Assembly (NCBI GenBank): GCA_020346125.1
Contig: CP070774.1
Location: 1,810,489-1,874,488 of the forward strand
Direction of reading: 5' to 3'
Length of the DNA: 64,000 nt
From: Syntrophobacterales bacterium
Lineage (GTDB): Bacteria > Desulfobacterota > BSN033 > WVXP01 > G020346125
Shown: positions 37,295 through 47,197 of the stretch, one piece after another
How the letters are laid out: each line of letters starts with the position of its first letter
Numbering within the stretch: the first letter of the stretch is position 1
Translations under genes and position numbers: made by a program
The notes under the pieces: model-generated
Seen by the model: the letters and a program-made list of their open reading frames with translations, nothing else
Databases searched by the model: none
Told to the model about the DNA's origin: nothing

Positions 37295-37635
37295 TGCTCG
37301 GATACAATCGAGTCATTCTCATCGGAAGCTTGACAAGGAACCCCGAAATCCGCTACAATCCAAAGGGTGAACGAGTGGTTAAGATTACCCTTGCTATACC
37401 GAATGGTCATGGTGATAGAACGACCACCGATCACTTCGATGTCCTGATTTTTTTACGGGACCAAAAGGAACCAATGGAAAAAATCCGAAAGGGTGAGTGG
37501 GTTTTGATCGAGGGGAAAATGAAACAGAGGAGATGGAAAACCCCAGAGGGACAAAGCCGAACAAAGGTGGAAATCATAGCCGATTCCGTTGAACATATTG
37601 GGAAATATCTTGTTAGACAGGTCAGTGAGCGATGA
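37294..37635 (+). CDS. Single OB-fold SSB-like protein lacking the Gly/Pro linker and acidic C-terminal tip
   Basis: [30 protein letters not shown]...[31 protein letters not shown] is an SSB OB core that ends at residue 113. The GTG start overlaps the rpsF stop, and the stop overlaps the rpsR ATG. Confidence 0.75.
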   Translation: MLGYNRVILIGSLTRNPEIRYNPKGERVVKITLAIPNGHGDRTTTDHFDVLIFLRDQKEPMEKIRKGEWVLIEGKMKQRRWKTPEGQSRTKVEIIADSVEHIGKYLVRQVSER

Positions 37636-37898
37636 GCAGGGTTGACCGAATGAAGAACACAGTGAACAAGAAGCGAAGAACATATATCAAGAGGAAGGTG
37701 TGCCGCTTCTGCGTCGATAAGACCCTCGAAATCGATTATAAAAGCCCCAGGATATTGAGACATTTCATTACGGAACGGGGTAAAATCATCCCCCGAAGGA
37801 TATCGGGAAACTGCGCTAAACATCAAAGGGAGATTACCACCGCCATAAAGAGGGCGAGAAACATCGCCATCTTATCCTTTACCACGGTGATGAAATAA
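37632..37898 (+). CDS. rpsR: 30S ribosomal protein S18
   Basis: [56 protein letters not shown]. Confidence 0.95.
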   Translation: MSRVDRMKNTVNKKRRTYIKRKVCRFCVDKTLEIDYKSPRILRHFITERGKIIPRRISGNCAKHQREITTAIKRARNIAILSFTTVMK

Positions 37899-37991
37899 CC
37901 AATGGGAACAGTTTCCCCCGGGATGAGCCCGTCAGGGTAAGTCGCCGTAATCCCAGACAATACCTTATTGAGCATAAAGAAAGGAAGCAGA

Positions 37992-38435
37992 ATGGAGATT
38001 ATCCTTCTCGATGATGTTCCCTCCCTTGGAAAGGTGGGAGATTTGGTAAAAGTCTCTGATGGCTATGGAAGGAACTATTTGATACCCAATAAATTGGCTA
38101 TCAAGGCAACTCCCAAAAATCGCAAGAAGCTGGAACACGAAAAGCGCCTTGCCCAAGACAAAATGGATAAGATTATAAGGGATGCCGAAAAATTAGCCAA
38201 AAGGATTGAGGACTTTTCCTGCACCATCTCGAAGCCCGTAGGGGAGAGCGGAAAGCTTTTCGGATCGGTTACTTCCAAGGAAATCGAACAATACCTCAAC
38301 GAGAACGGGTTTCAGATCGACCGTAAAAAAATCGAGTTGGAAGAGCCCATCAAAAACCTTGGAGTCTATACGATCCCAATTAGGCTCCATCCCGAGGTAG
38401 CCGCCAACCTCAAGCTCTGGGTCGTCAAGGAGTAA
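37992..38435 (+). CDS. rplI: 50S ribosomal protein L9
   Basis: MEIILLDDVPSLGKVGDLVKVSDGYGRNYLIPNKLA. The start is at ATG 37992. Confidence 0.93.
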   Translation: MEIILLDDVPSLGKVGDLVKVSDGYGRNYLIPNKLAIKATPKNRKKLEHEKRLAQDKMDKIIRDAEKLAKRIEDFSCTISKPVGESGKLFGSVTSKEIEQYLNENGFQIDRKKIELEEPIKNLGVYTIPIRLHPEVAANLKLWVVKE

Positions 38436-38443
38436 ACACAAAG

Positions 38444-39793
38444 ATGAACGAAACCGGCGATTCGCTCCATAAGGTTCCTCCCCAAAATACCGAAGCAGAA
38501 CAGTCCGTCTTGGGTGGAATCTTGATGGAGAACGAGGCTCTCAATAGGGTAGTGGAAATCCTGAACTCCGACGACTTCTATCGGGAATCCCACCGAAAGA
38601 TCTTTAATTCCATGATCGCCCTTTCGGAGAAAAATGAACCATCGGATCTCATCACCTTGACCAATGAGCTGAAATATCAAAACCTCCTGGAGGAAATCGG
38701 TGGTGCTTCCTATTTGACTTCATTAATCGATTCCGTTCCAACGGCGGCCAACATCGAATATTACGCTAAGATCGTCAAGGAGAAGTCCATCTTGAGGAAA
38801 TTAATCCAGGCGTCAACCGAAATCATCACCCAGAGTTATGAGGACCGGGGAGATGTGGATGGCTTCCTGGACGATGCGGAACGGCTCATCTTCCAGATCT
38901 CCGAGCACAGGGTGAGGCCCTCCTTTTATCCCATTAAGGAGATCATCAAGGAAGGTTTTAAAACCATAGAAAGGCTCTATGAGAAGAAGGAACTCATTAC
39001 GGGAATCCCCTCAGGGTTTAAGGACTTGGATAGAAAAACAGCAGGGTTTCAACCTTCGGATTTGATCATCGTGGCCGGAAGGCCTGCCATGGGCAAAACG
39101 GCCTTCTGCCTCAATGTAGCCCAATATGCCGCCATTGAGGGGAAAATTCCAGCTGCGATCTTTTCCTTGGAGATGTCCAAGGAACAATTGGCCCTTCGGA
39201 TGCTCTGCTCGGAGGCGGAAGTTGAAGGGCAGATGTTACGGAGTGGTTTCTTGAGCGAGAGCGATTGGCCTAAACTCACCCTGGCGGCAGGCAACCTTTC
39301 CGAGGCCCCTCTTTTCATCGATGATACCCCCGCCATTACTAACCTAGAAATCAGGGCCAAGGCCAGGCGATTGAAAGCTGAACATGGTTTGGGGCTACTC
39401 ATCGTCGACTATCTTCAGTTGATGAGGTCGAGAAGGGCAGAGCGGCGCGAGCAGGAGATATCCGAAATCTCAAGATCCCTCAAGGCCTTGGCAAAAGAGC
39501 TTTCTATCCCCGTTATCGCCATCTCCCAATTGAGTCGAAAAACAGAAGATCGGCCCAATAGAAGACCACAATTGGCCGATTTGAGGGAGTCCGGGGCCAT
39601 CGAACAGGACGCCGATGTGATCCTCTTTATCTATCGGGAGGAATTATATAAGCAGGAGACACCCAATAAGGGAATCGCCGAAATTATCATCGGGAAACAG
39701 AGAAACGGCCCTACAGGAAAGGTAGATTTGGCCTTCATCGATAAGTTCACCACCTTCAAGCCCCTCTATCGGGGCGAGGAATACTCCGATTGA
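38444..39793 (+). CDS. dnaB: Replicative DNA helicase
   Basis: PPQNTEAEQSVLGGIL, Walker A AGRPAMGKTAF, and IVDYLQLM...ISQLSR. Confidence 0.95.
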   Translation: MNETGDSLHKVPPQNTEAEQSVLGGILMENEALNRVVEILNSDDFYRESHRKIFNSMIALSEKNEPSDLITLTNELKYQNLLEEIGGASYLTSLIDSVPTAANIEYYAKIVKEKSILRKLIQASTEIITQSYEDRGDVDGFLDDAERLIFQISEHRVRPSFYPIKEIIKEGFKTIERLYEKKELITGIPSGFKDLDRKTAGFQPSDLIIVAGRPAMGKTAFCLNVAQYAAIEGKIPAAIFSLEMSKEQLALRMLCSEAEVEGQMLRSGFLSESDWPKLTLAAGNLSEAPLFIDDTPAITNLEIRAKARRLKAEHGLGLLIVDYLQLMRSRRAERREQEISEISRSLKALAKELSIPVIAISQLSRKTEDRPNRRPQLADLRESGAIEQDADVILFIYREELYKQETPNKGIAEIIIGKQRNGPTGKVDLAFIDKFTTFKPLYRGEEYSD

Positions 39794-39871
39794 GTGGGGG
39801 CCAGCCCAAGCCCAATACATCCTCATCCTCTTGACCTATAGATCCTGCGACAGGAAGGATGAAGAGAGGCC

Positions 39872-41717
<1,846 letters not shown>

Positions 41718-41783
41718 ATTTACCGCGAAAATAGCATTGCAATTTTTGCTGAATCTGAGACGGTTTTCAAAGGAGGAAACGAC

Positions 41784-43328
41784 ATGGCAATGAAAACGGG
41801 AAACCAATATATCGAAAGCCTGAGAAAGCTGAAGCCGAAGGTTTACTGCTTCGGGGAACAAGTCGAGAGCGTTGTCGACTATCCCCTCTTTAAACCCCAT
41901 GTTCATGCCGCGGCGATGACATACGAATTAGCCCATAAACCGGAATTCCAGGAGATCATGACCGCCACCTCACATCTCACTGGGGAGAACATCAACCGAT
42001 TCACCCATATTCACCAGGACACCGAGGATCTGGTAAAAAAGGTGAGAATGATGAGGCTTTTGGGTCAACGGACTGGGACCTGCTTTCAGAGGTGTGTGGG
42101 GCTGGACGCCCTCAACGGTATCTATGTCACCTCTTATGACATCGATCGAAAATATGGCTCGAGGTATCATGAACATTTCAGGGCCTTCCTTCAATACGTT
42201 CAGCGTAACGACCTCATGAGTGCCGGGGCGATGTCTGACCCGAAGGGAGACCGCAGCCTTCGACCCCATGAACAGGAAGACCCGGACGTCTACCTGCGAG
42301 TGGTAGAGAGGCAATCCGATGGAATCATCGTAAGGGGGGCAAAGGCCCATATTACCGGATCCATCAACTCCCACGAAATTATCACCATGCCTACCCGAGC
42401 CATGGGGTCCGAGGATAAGGATTACGCCCTCTCCTTTTCCGTTCCCGTGGATACTAAAGGGATCACCCTCATCTTCGGAAGGCAAACCAACGACACCAGG
42501 AGATTGGAGAGCGGACTCGATGCGGGAAATCCCAAATATGGCATCGTGGGGGGAGAGGCCCTGATCATCTTCGATGATGTCTTCGTTCCTTGGGAGCGGG
42601 TATTTATGTGCGGGGAACATGAATTCGCCCTGGAGTTGGTGGAAACCTTCGCAGGATATCATCGATCGAACTATGGGGGATGCAAAGTCGGTTTGGCCGA
42701 CGTGGTCATTGGAGCTTCTGCTTGGATCGCCGAATCCAATGGAATCGAAAAAGCATACAACATTCGGAATACACTAACGGAAATGGTTAGCATGGCCGAG
42801 ACCTGTTGGTCTTGTGCCCTAGCCTGCTCTTATGAGGGGTACCAAACCCCTTCTGGTGCTTATATAATCAATCCCCTCTTGGCCAATGTGGAAAAACTCA
42901 ACATCACCCGATTCACCTACGAATGGATGAGGTTGGCGCAGGATATTGCGGGGGGAATCATCATCACCCTTCCCTCGGAGAGGGATTACGAGCATCCAGA
43001 GATCGGCAAATTCATCGATAAATACATCAGGGGGAGGAAGGGATTTTCTACAAGAGACAGGATCAGGATGTATCGACTCATAGAGAACATGGCAGTGGGA
43101 GCAGGCCTTCCAGAGGCCATGCAGGGAGCGGGTTCTCCAACCGCCATGAAAATCATGATCGGGCGGGGAGCCAACATCGAAAGAAAAAAGGAGCTCGCTA
43201 AGGTGATCGCGGGCATCGAGGAGGATCCGTATTTCGAGGAGATCACACAGGTTGATGCTAAGAGTAAGGGAAAGTCTGAGGCTGAGCTTAAGGGTAAGAA
43301 GAAGGCTAAGGCTAAGCGAAAGAAATAA
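41784..43328 (+). CDS. abfD: 4-hydroxybutyryl-CoA dehydratase/vinylacetyl-CoA isomerase family protein with a Lys-rich C-terminal tail
   Basis: Colinear with the AbfD/HpaB fold. TGTCFQRCVG (C-x3-C) and YHRSNYGGCKVG (H-x6-C) match the spacing of the [4Fe-4S] ligands of the clostridial enzyme, as I recall it. Confidence 0.82.
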   Translation: MAMKTGNQYIESLRKLKPKVYCFGEQVESVVDYPLFKPHVHAAAMTYELAHKPEFQEIMTATSHLTGENINRFTHIHQDTEDLVKKVRMMRLLGQRTGTCFQRCVGLDALNGIYVTSYDIDRKYGSRYHEHFRAFLQYVQRNDLMSAGAMSDPKGDRSLRPHEQEDPDVYLRVVERQSDGIIVRGAKAHITGSINSHEIITMPTRAMGSEDKDYALSFSVPVDTKGITLIFGRQTNDTRRLESGLDAGNPKYGIVGGEALIIFDDVFVPWERVFMCGEHEFALELVETFAGYHRSNYGGCKVGLADVVIGASAWIAESNGIEKAYNIRNTLTEMVSMAETCWSCALACSYEGYQTPSGAYIINPLLANVEKLNITRFTYEWMRLAQDIAGGIIITLPSERDYEHPEIGKFIDKYIRGRKGFSTRDRIRMYRLIENMAVGAGLPEAMQGAGSPTAMKIMIGRGANIERKKELAKVIAGIEEDPYFEEITQVDAKSKGKSEAELKGKKKAKAKRKK

Positions 43329-43332
43329 TTCC

Positions 43333-43659
43333 ATGCGTATCGTCGTAAAGTACTGCGGCAATTGTAATCCCGAGATCAATTCCCCCCGAATCATCAGCCA
43401 TTTGATGAGGACGTTACATGATGAAATCATCTTTCACCCTGAAGGAAAAAAGCCGGCTGATCTATTGATCATTATATGCGGATGCAGAAAGGCTTGCGTC
43501 GATCGGCCGGATGTCCGGGCAATGGGGGTGCGAGCCATCTTGATCAAAGGGAGATGGATACAAGAACTATCATGTGGAGAGGTTGTGTTAACCCGCCTAT
43601 TACTCCAAAAAATCGAGTCCATGAAGGGGAAAATTGCTTCACAAACTAAAGAAATGTAA
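43333..43659 (+). CDS. Hypothetical Cys-rich small protein (108 aa)
   Basis: MRIVVKYCGNCNPEI...LLIIICGCRKACVDRPD. The start is at ATG 43333, 5 nt after the abfD stop. I recognise no family. Confidence 0.5.
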   Translation: MRIVVKYCGNCNPEINSPRIISHLMRTLHDEIIFHPEGKKPADLLIIICGCRKACVDRPDVRAMGVRAILIKGRWIQELSCGEVVLTRLLLQKIESMKGKIASQTKEM

Positions 43660-43674
43660 AAGGAGGTCACACCA

Positions 43675-44943
43675 ATGGTTCGAAGGGCAAAGAAGTTGAC
43701 GAGAGGCGTGGCCGTGATCGGGGCGGGCATGTCTCACTTCGGGGCTTTTAAGGAAAAGGATTCCAGAGACCTGTTCGTGGAGGCCTTTCAGGCGGTTCTG
43801 GGGACGGTACAGAAGGGGATTGACCCGAGGGAGATCGAGGCGATCTACGTGGGGAACCTCTCCAGCGACTGCTTCGAGGGACAGGCTCATGTAGCCCCCA
43901 TCATGGCGGAGTGGGTGGGATTGAACCCGAGGCCCGCCACCCGAACTGAGGATGCCTGCGCCAGCAGCGGCGTCGCCCTTCGAGAGGGAATCATTGCCGT
44001 GGCTTCCGGGCTATACGACATCGTGCTCGTGGGTGGCGTGGAGTCGATGAATAAGCTGACCACGGCAAGGGTGACAGACATCCTAGCGGCGGCAGCGGAC
44101 GCTATCTATGAGGTGTCTGTGGGCGCTACCTTCCCGAGCCTCTATGCCCAGATCGCCACCGTCCATATGGATAAATACGGTACCACTGAGGAACAGCTGA
44201 TGAAAGTCGCCATCAAGAACCACGATAACGGCGCCTTAAACCCGAAGGCCCACTTCACCTCTTCCATTCGGGATCTCATGAATTCTCGCATTGCCAGGGC
44301 CAAGCAGAAGGGGCAACCGATCCCCTCGTGGACCGATGAGATGGAATTCCTCAAGGATCCCTCCGCGAACCCCATCGTTGCGTGGCCCATAAAGCTCTTC
44401 GACTGCTCTCCCATTACCGATGGGGCGGCTTGTGCCATACTGGTTGCTGAGGATATCGCCCGAAATTTCACCGACGAACCCATCCACGTTATCGGCACGG
44501 GTCAGGCGAGCGACGCCCAGGCCCTGCACGGGAGAAAGGACATCACCTCCCTGACGGCCTCGAAACTCGCGGCCGAGCAGGCTTACGAGATGGCCGGAGT
44601 AACCCCTAAAGATATCCAGCTCGCCGAGGTTCACGACTGTTTCACCATTGCCGAGGTGGTTGCTACTGAGGATCTGGGATTTTTCAAGCCCGGCGAGGGG
44701 TCAAGGGCTGCCGAGGAAGGGAAAACGGCCCGGGATGGCGAGAAGCCCATCAATACATCCGGAGGGCTCAAGTCAAAGGGACATCCCGTGGGAGCAACCG
44801 GGGTAGGCCAGCTCGTGGAAGTGTGGGAGCAGATGAGTGGACATGCCGGCCAGAGACAAGTCGCCAGGGTCAACCTCGCCCTGGCCCATAACGTGGGAGC
44901 TTCGGGCAGCACCGTAGTTGTCCACATCTTTGAAAGGAGGTAG
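43675..44943 (+). CDS. Thiolase-domain protein (SCP-x/archaeal-type acetyl-CoA C-acyltransferase)
   Basis: VAVIGAGMSHFG, the active-site Cys region TEDACASSG, and GGLKSKGHPVGATG. Confidence 0.85.
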   Translation: MVRRAKKLTRGVAVIGAGMSHFGAFKEKDSRDLFVEAFQAVLGTVQKGIDPREIEAIYVGNLSSDCFEGQAHVAPIMAEWVGLNPRPATRTEDACASSGVALREGIIAVASGLYDIVLVGGVESMNKLTTARVTDILAAAADAIYEVSVGATFPSLYAQIATVHMDKYGTTEEQLMKVAIKNHDNGALNPKAHFTSSIRDLMNSRIARAKQKGQPIPSWTDEMEFLKDPSANPIVAWPIKLFDCSPITDGAACAILVAEDIARNFTDEPIHVIGTGQASDAQALHGRKDITSLTASKLAAEQAYEMAGVTPKDIQLAEVHDCFTIAEVVATEDLGFFKPGEGSRAAEEGKTARDGEKPINTSGGLKSKGHPVGATGVGQLVEVWEQMSGHAGQRQVARVNLALAHNVGASGSTVVVHIFERR

Positions 44944-44951
44944 CGGTCCAT

Positions 44952-45368
44952 ATGGAAGTAAAAGAATTCACAGCGGCTTCCTTCTACCGATTTCTGGATC
45001 GAAAAAAATTGATGGGCTCAAAATGTAAGAAGTGCGGGGCTCTGTTTTTACCCCCCCGTCCTTTCTGCGGGCAGTGCTTGGAAAATGAAATGGAATGGTT
45101 TCAATTCTCGGGCCGTGGAAAACTCATCTCCTACAGCGTGGTCAGGGTGGGAACCACGATGTATGAGGAGAAGGGTTACGGCCGCGATACCCCTTACTGC
45201 TGGGGGTTGGTCCAACTCGATGAGGGGCCTCGTATCAGCGCCCTCCTTTTGGGTGCCGATCTGTCTCGCCCGGATTCAATTACCATCGGCCAATCCCTCG
45301 AGGCCATCTTCCCGGATAAACGAGAAGAGGAGGGAGAGAGGAACCCCGTTACCTTCCGATTGGAATGA
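44952..45368 (+). CDS. DUF35 OB-fold/zinc-ribbon protein (thiolase partner type)
   Basis: Zinc ribbon CKKCGALFLPPRPFCGQC followed by OB-fold-like beta strands. It lies immediately after the thiolase gene, the usual pairing. Confidence 0.85.
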   Translation: MEVKEFTAASFYRFLDRKKLMGSKCKKCGALFLPPRPFCGQCLENEMEWFQFSGRGKLISYSVVRVGTTMYEEKGYGRDTPYCWGLVQLDEGPRISALLLGADLSRPDSITIGQSLEAIFPDKREEEGERNPVTFRLE

Positions 45369-45433
45369 AGGATTTATCGAATTGTCTTGGAAATATCTGG
45401 AAAAAAGGGAGCAAATTAACCACATTATCAAAA

Positions 45434-45745
45434 ATGGATGATACTATGATGGACGCCTTGGAGGGCATTAAGATCTTGGACCTGAGCCGCCTTTTACCTG
45501 GCAATTTCTGCACCTTGCTGCTGGCCGATCGAGGCGATTACAGCAGGTGGTATCCTCCTCGGGTTCGAGGCTGGAGCGCCTACCTCCTCGGCCTCAACCG
45601 CAACAAGAAGAGCATGAAACTCAACCTCAAGCCCGATGAGGGAAGGGCCATCTTCATGCAGTTGGCCCGGAAAAATGACGTCATCCTTGAGGGGTTCAGG
45701 CCGGGGGTGACCGACCGCCTCGGTATTGGTTATGACGAGGTATGA
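45434..45745 (+). pseudogene. Fragment of a family III (CaiB/BaiF) CoA-transferase
   Basis: LEGIKILDLSRLLPGNFCTLLLAD...SAYLLGLNRNKKSMKLNLKPDEGRAIFMQLARKNDVILEGFRPGVTDRLGIGYDEV then a stop. Only about 100 N-terminal residues of a protein that is usually about 400 aa remain. The LGAxVIKVE strand after LLAD appears to be deleted. Confidence 0.7.
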
Positions 45746-45809
45746 CTGGGAAAATGAAAGGATCTCGCCCTGGAGTATCCAGTGGTGAGTTGAATTTTTG
45801 AGAGGTTCC

Positions 45810-46571
45810 ATGCGAATAAAGGAGCTTACTCAACTCTCTTCGACGCCCATACCCAAAGCCTTGATGGCGGGTATGGCCATTATCATGGGAATCTTTGTCT
45901 ATGGGCTCGTTCTTCTCCACCAGGATCAAGAGGCCTTCCTGGTTTGGATCCGAGAGGACGGCTTGGTGGAGTGGCTCACCTTTGTAGAGCTCTTGATCAT
46001 GTCCGCATTTTCCTTTTTAATATCATTCACCTTCAACCGTTCCGAGCCGGGAAGTGCTGTTAAGAGGGTATGGCTCTTTCTTGGTTTCCTGTTTCTTTTC
46101 GGGGCCATGGAGGAGATTTCATGGGGACAGAGGATTTTGGGAATCGAGAGCCCTGAATGGTTTTTAAAACACAACAGGCAGGGCGAGACCAATATACATA
46201 ACCTTTTAGTTTATGGAGTGAATATCAATAAACTTGTCTTCGGCAAGATTCTGGCAATTCTCATTACAATTTATCTGTTGGTGATACCTTTCTTGTATCG
46301 GTCCAACGAAAGATTTAAAGAATTCATTAACCGATGGAGGATTCCTATTGCCCAGAATTATCAGATCTTCCTCAGTGTTCTTGTCATGATACTTGTTCAA
46401 TCCCATCTCAGCATAGCGAAGAAGGCCGGGGAGTTAGGTGAACTCTGCATGTGCTTCGTCTTTCTTCTTATCCTGTTGCATCCATACAACAAAGAGATCT
46501 TCCCGATAAAATGGCTGGCACTCCGGAGACGGGAATCTTCCTTTGGGGTGGGAAAGGGACAGGAATCATGA
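45810..46571 (+). CDS. Hypothetical polytopic membrane protein
   Basis: Five or six hydrophobic segments and the motif GAMEEISWGQRILG. I recognise no family. The start ATG 45810 is preferred over TTG 45798. Confidence 0.55.
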   Translation: MRIKELTQLSSTPIPKALMAGMAIIMGIFVYGLVLLHQDQEAFLVWIREDGLVEWLTFVELLIMSAFSFLISFTFNRSEPGSAVKRVWLFLGFLFLFGAMEEISWGQRILGIESPEWFLKHNRQGETNIHNLLVYGVNINKLVFGKILAILITIYLLVIPFLYRSNERFKEFINRWRIPIAQNYQIFLSVLVMILVQSHLSIAKKAGELGELCMCFVFLLILLHPYNKEIFPIKWLALRRRESSFGVGKGQES

Positions 46572-46589
46572 AAGCATTCCTAAGCCCCC

Positions 46590-46974
46590 TTTGCCTCTTT
46601 CTCTTCTCATTCACCGAGAATCGATCGGACAAAATCATTACTTCCCACTATCCTTTCATCATATGTCCATTTTTCTCCCCCTCTCCTCTGTGCCCTCATT
46701 TGCGTCCATCGGCCGACGTTCGCATCAGACACCTCCCGCCAGATCATGGTGCCTCCCGTGAAATATCCCCGTAATCACACATTCTCGATATGCCCGGCGG
46801 GCCTGCCCCACATTCTGAGCGAATTGACCCAGAATATAGTCGCGATCCTGCCACGGATCCTCCTTCCCCCCCATTTATACCGGATGAGGGCTCCGAGATA
46901 TTCCGACCTCCTAGACCTCGCACCATTTCGTGGTGGAACGAACCTCCCGTGTCGAGCCTAGGCCCGCGTGGCAA
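46590..46974 (-). pseudogene. Decayed IS200/RAYT-like (COG1943-type) Y1 transposase relic
   Basis: The N-terminal frame reads PRGPRLDTGGSFHHEMVRGLGGRNI. A second frame reads DPWQDRDYILGQFAQNVGQARRAYRECVITGIFHGRHHDLAGG. A third frame reads WTYDERIVGSNDFVRSILGE. These are the characteristic N- and C-terminal blocks of this family, but the catalytic middle is missing and stops interrupt the frames. Confidence 0.6.
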
Positions 46975-47197
46975 GTTGTAAACATCAAGCTATCACCCCT
47001 GATGTGTCAACGAAGCTTTCAGTACCCCGTCCCCCTTCAGTCTATAGCTTTGCGGTCTCCATCAACACATAGGAGGAAAGGTGTCATGAAAACACCGTCA
47101 TTGATAATGTTCTCGAGTAAACATGGCACATTGATTGCATTTAAGAAGAATATGAATGAAAACGTGAAAAACGCTGACATGAAACCAGGAGAAAGCA

